Part shown: positions 52,320 to 64,000 of the stretch, one piece after another
How the letters are laid out: each line of letters opens with the position of its first letter
Numbering within the stretch: position 1 is the stretch's first letter
NCBI GenBank assembly: GCA_964016885.1
Contig: OZ024740.1
Coordinates: 327,298,001 to 327,362,000, forward strand
Origin: Eledone cirrhosa
Taxonomy: Eukaryota
DNA length: 64,000 nt
Direction: 5' to 3'
Translations under genes and position numbers: made by a program
Notes under the pieces: model-generated
Database searches by the model: none
Seen by the model: only the letters and a program-made list of their open reading frames with translations
Told to the model about the DNA's origin: nothing

Positions 52320-52663
52320 TGGTTGAACACCGGGAGGTTATATCTGTAGTAAATAGACCATTCAGTCCGTCCATGTGATGAGTTCGGTATGAAATTTGTT
52401 CCACAAAAAATTAGCAAAACATCTTCGAGGACGCGTGTTTCACCCAACGGATTCTCAACTCGGGTGAGGTTATCTTAAAAACGGAAGTGTATATGAGCTG
52501 ACCGGTCTTGCGCATGGCCGTCATAAGGGGGACAACACATGTTTGGACTGATGAAAGGAGATCATTGAATTAATTCTGGATAACATTAGTCTGCGTCCTT
52601 GTAGCTTTGGAACAAGTATTTGAAAGCGTGGGGACAGCGATTAAAAGAATCAGATCGTTTACT

Positions 52664-52668
<5 letters not shown>
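51945..52668. repeat. Apparently perfect 330-bp inverted repeat with a (TA)n-containing spacer
   Basis: 51945-52274 is the reverse complement of 52339-52668. The ORF track shows identical peptides on both strands. Confidence 0.95.
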
Positions 52669-52720
<52 letters not shown>

Positions 52721-53868
52721 TTATGCGTGTGTGTGTGTGTGTGGGTGTAGTTATTATTTATGTATAAATGTTCTAATATGTAGTTTGCTAGTTAAATATA
52801 TAGCTTGAACATACCGTTACTTAAAGATCGATATACACTTCCTCACGTATATACTTATATAGCGAGACGCCTAATCTTTAGACATGTCAATACTAAGTGG
52901 AAGGCACTAGGGAATATAGCTATTTAGAAAACGAAGGAATATAGCCATGTTGAAAACATACATAATCGTATCACACCCCTCCCAACATACTTGAACATTT
53001 CTCCTTTTCATCTTTGATCAATAATTTTAAACTTTACATTGCTTTTATGTATACATGCCATATACTCGAACTCCTTGTCAAAATCTTTCTTCTATCTTCA
53101 GTAAATTTTCTATTTACAAAGTATTTTATTCCCTTGATAACATTTTTCAGAAGCGTTGAATTGGCAGAGTCGTTAGAACTTCGGAAAGAATGCTTTCCGG
53201 TTATTCTTTGGGCTCTCTGCGCTCTGAGTTCAGATGCCGTCATGGTCAACTTCGTATTTCATCCTTTCGAGGACAATAAAAATGTACCAACCTAGTACTA
53301 TGGTCGAGCTTTCTTCTCTCTCTCTGGAAGAAATTTGCTGTGTTTGGAGTGGAGATGGCCTCTACCAGGTTTAATGTGCCACAAATACGTCGTATTTCAC
53401 GACAACTCCAATACGTCTCCATCAGGAGATACGGACCAAAATGAAAGGAACATTTATTTGAATGATTTAACTTCAAAATATATGTAATTCACTTCCACAC
53501 TTAGACAGAAGGCTAAAATTGGTAATGTCATTTCACATAAGAAATCCTACAAAATGTGTTTTATAGGCGCTTTGGTTGTATATATATCTAAATACTATGT
53601 ATTTTGCACTCTATTTGAATAAATGTTGATAGATAAATCGTGATGCGGAAGATATTACATATTTTTCACACTCACAATATACTAACATACTAAATGTTTA
53701 GCTGTTATTCTTTCGACACTTGCTGATGCAAATGACCTTTAGTGCATACTCCACGGTAAAATTGTAAAGGCACTTTAACTCTTGAGAGGGTCGTAGAGTG
53801 CGGATCTGACACGGCATGTTTGGGGCATTTTTAAACTGGCAGAACCCATCCGTCTCAGCCAATCTTCT

Positions 53869-53947
<79 letters not shown>

Positions 53948-55478
53948 CAATTCCAGTACTTAAGTGGTACTTGTCCTTAAAAGAAGGAAACATACTTGAT
54001 CTCGGTGATATTTGAAATCAGAGTATATTGACCCTATACAAATACCGGGGTATTTTTAACCCAATGGCCAAACAACACTGCTAATTCGCCAACATAGTCT
54101 CCACGAATTCTTGATATTATATTCTAAATCTAAAAATAAAATGATCTATGGTTATCTTGGGATAGGATGTGAATACATTCTATATCAACGACTACAAAAT
54201 ATGGTTTTTATAATGAATGTATGATATGTTACCCTTTCGAAAAAAAGCACTTGGTAAAAATGTTGCTGTGGCCTTTTATAAAAGATCGATTGACATTTTA
54301 CTCCATAGGAGACAGAAAGCATTTGAAAATTTATTTTTCAAAAAATGTCAGAATATTGGTTCTGTGAGTGTTATTTTCATTGGAATGGAAAGTCCCCAGC
54401 TTCACCTGGTGCGTAATATATTTCCTAGTTCCGTTGAATAAATTAATAAATTTTGTATTCGAAAATAAAACAGGAATATCAGATTTTAGTGGAAAAGTAA
54501 CAAAGTCTGATATAGATAAATATTTGATTACTAGACTTTAGGATAAATACATATATAAGCTATAAATATGGGTGGGATGTCTTTTTACAAGCGTTGAAAT
54601 GAAAAGTAGATATTGTAGCTACACTACATAGCTTTCTATGGCAAAAATACTAGATAGACATGACTAATTTCAATGATTTTACCATTTGGACATATACCTA
54701 TTACACATTTTCCTTATTGGAGCTATATGTAGTAATATATCTATCTCTAGGATACACATATATGGCTAAAACTAAATTGGTTCCCCTTGATTTAAATAAT
54801 AGTGGGTCGCTGGTAACGTGAAATAATTAGTTACAAAAAGCATTACACGGTTTTAGGATAAAAAGAAATGTAGAATTTAAGTACACTTCTAGTATGCCAA
54901 CGACTGTACTATTATGCATATTAGGGAAGATGAATTTTTGTTAGATACTAATTTATGTAAACTCTAAATAGCCGTAGGCCGACAGGAAAATGAGTAACCG
55001 AGATTTAATGATAAGGTGAAAATACTGAAACTTGTCAGGTTAATCTCCCTTTTCTAATGCCATGCGGAGAAAGGCATATCTATTTTCATAGCATGGTTAA
55101 AAATACGTTTTTACTCAAATCTAACACCCACAAGTTTATGTTACTTCTCTAGAGGAAAATAAGTCCGAAAATGGGGCATATATTTGTATAAATCAGCAGA
55201 GAAGCAATAAAAGAGATACAGTTAGGGTGTGGTGGTAGATGGTATCGAACAGCGAATACACAAGAAAATAAATACGTCTGGAATCTAAACTACTGACATG
55301 TTCGGAATTACAGATAAGATATTTCCTAACATCATGTCAGCCAATTGCAATTAAAATTAGATGTTGCGGTTGCCAATAAAAATATCAGTTAATGCTTCAA
55401 ACAACAAACAATGATTATACTATATATATACAGATTCAGAACCCCGACGGCTGAGCTACGACCATTTCGACAGACAGA

Positions 55479-55534
<56 letters not shown>

Positions 55535-55535
<1 letters not shown>

Positions 55536-55724
55536 GAACAAGTAAGACCCCGACGGCTGAGCTCAAGCCGTTTCGACGGCTAATTCTGGACTGGAATTAG
55601 CCATCGAAACGGCTTGAGCTCAGCCGTCGGGGTCTTACTTGTTCCTATTACCCACTCTACTACCCTAAGTATTGAGTACTTTGGTGCGTTATGGTCCACA
55701 TGGTTCCTTACCACACTTCCTTCG

Positions 55725-55726
<2 letters not shown>
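55535..55726. mobile_element. Penelope-like terminal fragment folded back inside a hammerhead
   Basis: GAAA-cggct tgagctc agccg-TC-gggg (stem III plus GUC site) is present in both orientations. Same family at 34080-34220, 45810-45990 and 55435-55480. Confidence 0.6.
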
Positions 55727-55767
<41 letters not shown>

Positions 55768-55888
55768 TATATAAATATATATACCACCCCCACTCTCTTT
55801 CGTAACTATACTCCTTGTTGTTGTTATTTACTTTTCCAATATATATATATACATATATACATATATATATATACATATATATATATAC

Positions 55889-55961
<73 letters not shown>

Positions 55962-55962
55962 C

Positions 55963-56010
<48 letters not shown>

Positions 56011-56014
56011 ATAC

Positions 56015-56063
<49 letters not shown>

Positions 56064-57512
56064 CATATATATATATACATTATTTGCTAAATTCTTCAAA
56101 ACATCTTCTATGGTGGTAGCCATCTTTGTTTATATAACAGGATGAATACGTCGGGGGTGTATAGTCCAACGAACTTCAGTACCAGTATGTGTCACTTTTG
56201 AATTACACTAAATTCATTTGCAACTTAACAGACATTTCAGATCGCTTTGTTATTGTTTTGCAAATTAACAGAAATGCTTTCATTGCCTAAATCTTTTCAA
56301 GTTTTCGTGCTAATACAGAAACAAACGCTACTGGTAGTTGATATCTTTAACATTTATTTAAATTCAGTAATGCAGCAATGAAGATCAACATTTCATTAAG
56401 TTTTCGATTAACAATTTTTTTAAGGTTGTTTATTCAAGGGAAAATATATTTTAAAATGTCTTTAGAGATTATTGTTTTTTCAAAGAACCCACTTCAAATC
56501 AAGTCAATATAAGTTTATAATGCAACACTACTCTTTCAGTTAATTCATACATTCGACCTTTTTTTTCAAATAAAATTTAATTCATCATTAAAAATACATT
56601 TTCAGCGGGGGCAGAATTGCCTCATAAATATATTCCATAAACTACTTGAGATATACTGAAAGCTTTTCAATTATTAGAACAATTTCTAAAAGTATATGAA
56701 GCATGAAATATATTTAATTAAAGTTATAAACATCATATTTTATAAATTATAAATTGCGATATAACATACTCTAATTGAATCTAAGAATGGAAAATACGAA
56801 TTTTACACGGAAATGTGAACACATATATTTATTTGCTATCATATACAGATATTTACCGATATTCAGCAGAAATCTGATGAATTCCTTTGACTTAATTTAA
56901 ATGCTTAGCAGCACTACGATTTATATTACATGCAATAAATTCCCCTTTAACCACTGAATATCATATGATCTGCTCTCTAATAAATCAATCTACTTATCTA
57001 TTATCGTCATAAATAATTTTACTCATAAAATACTTCAATTGGTCACTAATTTCAGATTTCCCCCCAACATTGATATATCACGTTTTAAAAATATGTAAAA
57101 TATGTTAATAAAGGTTTCTGATTCGGACACGAGGCCAACAAATTTTTTGGGAAGGAGAACGTCAATTAAATCGATCCCAGTGCATTACTGGTACTTTATT
57201 TTATCGACTCCGTAAGGATGAAAGGCAAAGTTAATTTCAGTGGGATACGAACTCAGAACGCAATGTTACAATGCATATTGTCCAGCACCCTACCGATACT
57301 GCTAATCTAGATATTCCTTCATATATGTCACTTAAAACATTGAAAAAAGCAATTGAATTCACTTGTACATCACAATTTTGATGCAGGAGAGAAAAGAAAT
57401 TGTCTTTCCCTAAACCAAAATCTTTGCAGATTTTAACATTTCTCGTTTTCCCTTCATAGAGTTTGTACATTTTCATAAGATCTGTTGAAGATTTGATTTA
57501 CGGCAACTACAT

Positions 57513-57571
<59 letters not shown>

Positions 57572-57711
57572 ATGGTGGTGGTGGCGGCGGCGTTGGTGGT
57601 GGTAGTTGTAGTGGTTATGGTGATAGTGGTGGTGGTGGTGGTGGTAATTGTAGTAGCAGTAGTAGTAGTAGTAGTTGTTGTTGTTGTTGTAATAGCAGCA
57701 GTCGTAGTAGT
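57513..57711. repeat. (TAG)n/(TGG)n/(TTG)n compound microsatellite
   Basis: Direct inspection. Explains the poly-Thr and poly-Ser ORFs. Confidence 0.9.
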
Positions 57712-58442
57712 ATACACTTTTCTTTATCCTGGGTATTGAGCAGATATCCTCACCTACGTATTTAGGTCGTCAAGCTAATGGCCTCGTGTCCGAATCAGAA
57801 ACCTTAAATAATTCATACATGGTGTATTGAGGACTATGAGAATACGCGTGGCTGTGTGACTGTTTATCTACTACTCAATGTTGAATCGAATTTGAACGTG
57901 AAAAAAAGAAAGAAAGAAGTATGGTATACCATAATGGATGTGAGGGCGCAGTATCTATACCCCACAACTTCTGGATAGATCACTAGATTATCTGGTATCT
58001 GTTCTAAATAAAATAGAAGAATCTATACAATTTAATGATTTAGTGTTGGTTTCGTAGTCGTTGCAGTCGTGTGCTGTTCGAGTCAATATTAGGTAAGCAG
58101 GACAAGGAGTTCAAATAAAATAAAGTAGAAATGAAGTAAAATACATCAAAAACGAGATAAATCGTGTTTAAAATGTCTACATTTTACTTTTTATTATTCG
58201 TTAGGTAGGTGAAGGGATGTGTGTGTGGGAAGCTGGGAAGATAGATATATGTATAGGTAGATCGATAGATAGATACGTAAGTGGGTGAATAGGGGGTTGT
58301 TTGGATAAATAGACAAATAAATATATATTTGCCAGCAGCCATCTACAAACTTAGATACCTATCCACTCATCTATCTAACTACCTACCTATCTACCTACCC
58401 ACCTACACACACACACACATACACACCCACACACACAAATAT

Positions 58443-58579
58443 ATTAAAATAACAGATTAAAGTTTAAGCAAAGAATCGGTGCTTTCACCCTTAACGGGAT
58501 CTTCTGAAAGAGTTTCAGAAGATCCCGTTAAGGGTGAAAGCAGCGATTCTTTGCTTAAACTTTAATCTGTTATTTTAAT
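58443..58579. repeat. Near-perfect 67-bp hairpin with 3-nt loop, containing a hammerhead-like core variant
   Basis: 58443-58509 pairs with 58513-58579 (one mismatch). CAGAAGA-tccc gttaa gggt-GAAA. Homologous sequence at 28268-28395. Confidence 0.85.
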
Positions 58580-58684
58580 GAATATTTGCTCTACGGTTCT
58601 TATATATTTGATATATATTTATCCTTATCGAGCCTTCTTTGGATTTTAGTCTTCAAATTTATTATTATTACTATATATATAAGG

Positions 58685-59842
58685 GTAGGTTTTGCTCATC
58701 AGGGATTCAGGAGCAAATCATGGAATAGCTTAGATAGGGCTAGACATAAGATATGGAAAGCCACCTCATGGTACGACAACCAGAGATACCAGAGTGTCAT
58801 GTTTGTGGACGCTACCCTTGGAGGAAAATTAGCTAACCAGTGTAGAAAGGCCCTGAGAAAGACCCACTTAAAAATTAAGGTGGTAGAAAAGCCAGGAACC
58901 ACCATAAAATCCCTGATCAGCAAAACCTACCCTTTTAAGAAAATCCACTGCACCAATGGGAAATGTATCATATGTAAGGTAAACCCCCGGATAAACTGTA
59001 AAACTAGAAACGTAGTCTATAGCATAAGATGTACAGAGGGTACTTGCAGAAACATGAAAACAACATACATAGGTGAGACAGCTCGTAGCATAGGTGAAAG
59101 GATAGACCAACAGTGGGAGGAACTAAAAGGACGAAAAAACGGATCAGTACTATACGAACATGCTAGACAACAACATGACGGTAACATAGACAACATAGAA
59201 ATTAGAATAATATCTAAACATAGAAATGACCCAGCAGATAGGCAAATCAGAGAGGCCAGTGAAATAGAAATTAGAAGACCAAGACTAAACAGAAAGAATG
59301 AATGGAATAACAACAACACCCAAACAAACAACACTGACCTAAGAGAAGTATAAATAAGTAAATAAAATAAAATAAATAAATAAATAAATACATACACAAG
59401 CACAATAACAACAAGCACATAAACACACACTAGTCACCCATCACACAGCAAACAAAACACTATACACACACGCAAACGCATGCGCAAAGAAGACAAAATA
59501 AAATAAACAAACAAGCAAATAAATAAATAAATATATAGACAGACTGAATAAAAATGGCGTAGACATACAATACAACAGGAGGAAAAGATAGCACCACTGA
59601 CGATGTTGAAGATGTGCAACGAAAGATTTATGTTAAACTATATATATGTGTTTGTGTCTATATTGTATCTGTATTATTTTTGACCGTCGGTCAGTCAATG
59701 GCAACATTGAGGACCGAGTAAGTTAGATTACCGATATAAAAGACACAAAAGCGAGAAGCGAAAACCAACCAAACAGTGAGTGTGTTCTGTTATTAATTCT
59801 GGCAATATTACACAAATATGACCCTCCCCAAGTATAACAATA

Positions 59843-59845
<3 letters not shown>
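58685..59845 (+). mobile_element. 5'-truncated Penelope-like element: GIY-YIG endonuclease, 3' UTR and terminal repeat
   Basis: SVMFVDATLGGKLA, C-x4-C-x2-C, CKTRNVVYSIRC..C..YIGETARSIGER, LYEHARQQH, RQIREASEIEIRRPRLNRK. Hammerhead core CTGACGA...GAAA at 59597-59624. Confidence 0.88.
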
Positions 59846-59877
<32 letters not shown>

Positions 59878-61177
59878 CCAGCAACGATTACAAAACCTAT
59901 AATATAAAATATAGCATCTGTTGTGCAGAAACGTAACGAAAATCATGCAACAAACTTGAACTGGAGATATCTGAGTAGCTGGACCAACATCTTATCTACT
60001 TGGACATAAACTTAACCTAGGTATTCCCATATGATGTAGTATCTGTTCTTAACAATTTGTTACAAATGTAGAATATAAAGTGTTCTGCTTTCCATTTAAA
60101 CTACTATGGCAACAAACATCCTGTTAATTTGAACCCGTATTCCCTCATCAGGTAATCCCAAACCTATTGCAGGTTTTTTTTTTAGCTTCTGCAACAGATA
60201 ACATCTAGCTAGTTAAATCGACGAATGTACTGGTATTCATTTTATAGATCTACATAAGAAAGATAGACCCAGAGCTATTTAACCAAATATTGCAAACTAT
60301 CTCCTTTAGCAGGCCTTTTCTTTGAATAATTCCTCGGTGTTTTTGGAAAAGTCTTTATATTTTTGGTGAATCTAGGACTAATTTAACATTTCTAAGTTTT
60401 ATTTCTGCGGTGAATTTCAACTGAGACTAATCAAACTATGATCTTATATATAATAGTGTGCTTGACATGGCAAGAAGCTTCTTAGTAATTATATCACGAA
60501 CTCGTTTGTAATGAATGAAACACACAGTACAGACTAATCTAAGTGTTCGGAAAGGAATTTTCAATTGACTTTTTGCGAAAAACTACTAATCAAGAATATA
60601 ACCAACTGTCACAGAGTTTGAAATACTTCTTCCTGGTCTATTTAATAAAGAATAATGGCATTAATGAAGGTGGAATCTATACTTTAAAGAAATAAAAGGT
60701 TAAGAAATAGAAAGAATGAACGAAAAGAAAAATGAAAAGTAAAAAATAGAAAGTAAAAAGTAGAAAGAATTAAATAATGAAAGACAGAAATAAATATAGG
60801 AATAACAAAAGAAAGAGAAAAGATGGAAATATAGAAGAAAATAGAATGAATGCCATATATAAAGGTAGAAAGAACGAAAGAGAAAGAAAGAAATGTAGAT
60901 AAATAGCTAGATAGATAGAAAGAAAGAATGAGAGAGTGGAAAAAGAAAGGTAAAAGAACGAAAAGAAAACAGAAAAAGAAAGGACAGAAAATGTTAGAAA
61001 AAGTATGTGAAATACGTAAAAAAACTGAATAAAATATTAAAAAAAAGAAAGTGTGACAAAAGAGTACATCTAATTTGGTTTGGAACAAATATCGTCAGAG
61101 ATCCTTTCGAAAAGAACTTTTATATCCCACGTATATATATGTATATATACACACACATATATAGGTACATATATATA

Positions 61178-62412
61178 TAGGGTGCGGAGGGTATTTGAGG
61201 ACAGATTTATGGTTTAAAAAAAACGCTTATATAAGAACAGAAAAAACTGTATCCTTATAAAAATAACATAAACATAAAGCTAAATTATCAATTTAATAAT
61301 TTCATTCAATAAAACCACCATAAGCATCAATAACTGCCTCTAAACGGGGTCGAAATCGTTTGCAAGCTCGGATTAAGTGTTCCTTGTTCATATCGGACAT
61401 GACTCGAATTATAGCGACTGTCAAAGAATCTTTGGTGCTATGGGTTGTTCATTGACATTTTTCTCAACGATGTTCCATACATAGCAGTCCAGTGGATTGA
61501 GATCTGGAGAATTAGGGGGCCAAATGTTAGGGGTGATGTGATCATGCAATTTTATGGCCATCCATTCATGTCATTTGAGCCTTGTGTGATAGTGCAGAAT
61601 CTTATTGAAAGACATAAGGCCTTCCATTGCATACACTATTGGTCCAAGGCTTAACAACTTTATCCAGAACTTCAATATACGCAGCAGCATTCACCCTAAG
61701 GCCTTGTGGAAAATATTGAGGAGGAACATATGTCCTTCATTGACACTTGCAGGGAATTTTGTGTGCAACCTTGCAACTTTAGAAGGGTCTGCACATAGCC
61801 ACCTGTCATTTCTTCTGTTAGTTTTCTGGTCCTGGTCAAAGTTTTTCCCATCTGAGAAAAACCAAATGACACCATCTTCTGATGGATTTTTAAGTTTGTT
61901 CAAAAGTCTTTTGGATCTGATTAAACGGTTTTCTTTCGTTTTTCTGGCATGAATTGACCTCTCTTCATCACGTAAGATTTGTATCTGATGTCTTCATGCG
62001 CAACATTTCCGATTGTTTTTTCTGACACACCAAACCTTTTTGCAATTGACTTCATTGATTTTCCTGGATTGTCATCAATGTTTCGCTTAACTTCCTGAAT
62101 AAATTCAGGTGTCCTGATGGAATCAGAGCATTTGGAATGTTTTTTTACGTTTTGATACAGGTAATGCGCTTCCATCTTCTTTCTCTAACTCACACAGAAT
62201 CTTGAGGACAAAAGATCTTGCAGCTTTCAGAAAACGATAAATATTCTAAATCACCATGCTTAGCCTTCAAAGCCACAATCACAACATACCTTTTCATTTC
62301 ATTAGCAAGCATAGTTATTTTCATTGTTATTTTCTGAGATAGAAGTTCAATAAAAATTAGTCAAATGAAATAATAACTAAAAAAGCATGTGTCCTCGAAT
62401 ACCGGCCGTACC

Positions 62413-62415
<3 letters not shown>
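61178..62415 (-). mobile_element. Decayed DD37D (maT-like) Tc1/mariner transposon with TIRs
   Basis: WFFSDGKNFDQDQKTNRRNDRWL, FQ*DSALSHKA, PPNSPDLNPLDCYVW and ACKRFRPRLEAVIDAYGGFIE. TIRs agggtgcggagggtatttgaggaca / tgtcctcgaataccggccgtaccctg. Confidence 0.85.

Positions 62416-64000
<1,585 letters not shown>

Noticed and set aside
53380-53440. Minus-strand CTGATGG...GAAA hammerhead-like motif
   Set aside because: Core mismatch and no convincing stem I, so it may be chance.
57454-57765. Mucin-like poly-Thr / Ser-Gly ORFs
   Set aside because: Trinucleotide microsatellite with no splice or coding evidence.
60684-61088. Hydrophobic 134-aa membrane-protein-like ORF
   Set aside because: Reverse complement of a purine-rich (GAAA-like) low-complexity tract.

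Overview
AT-rich, microsatellite-dense, non-genic eukaryotic DNA. The repeat landscape resembles an invertebrate genome, probably a coleoid cephalopod such as Octopus (inference). No host protein-coding exon could be supported, and nearly all listed ORFs are microsatellite or low-complexity artefacts. The window is a mosaic of decayed transposons: two R4/Dong-like REL non-LTR retrotransposons in (AAT)n and (CATA)n arrays, a 4.3 kb Helitron with both termini and an antisense 23-aa (STPR-like) repeat ORF, a non-autonomous Helitron, bipartite RTE-derived elements, two Tx1/L1-like remnants, two Penelope-like elements (RT and GIY-YIG fragments), a mariner, a DD37D/maT-like transposon, MITEs and many tRNA-derived SINEs. 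The strongest signal is at 62911-64000: a head-to-tail array of 310-bp units. Each unit carries a minimal type I hammerhead ribozyme on the minus strand inside a highly self-complementary RNA, the architecture of a retrozyme (a circular-RNA-producing non-autonomous retroelement). One copy has the classic inactivating G5A change. About ten further hammerhead or hammerhead-like motifs and many fold-back palindromes, several turning at or inside a hammerhead, point to an extensive Penelope/ribozyme ecosystem inserting into (TA)n. All motif and pairing calls were made by eye, and boundaries are approximate unless stated.
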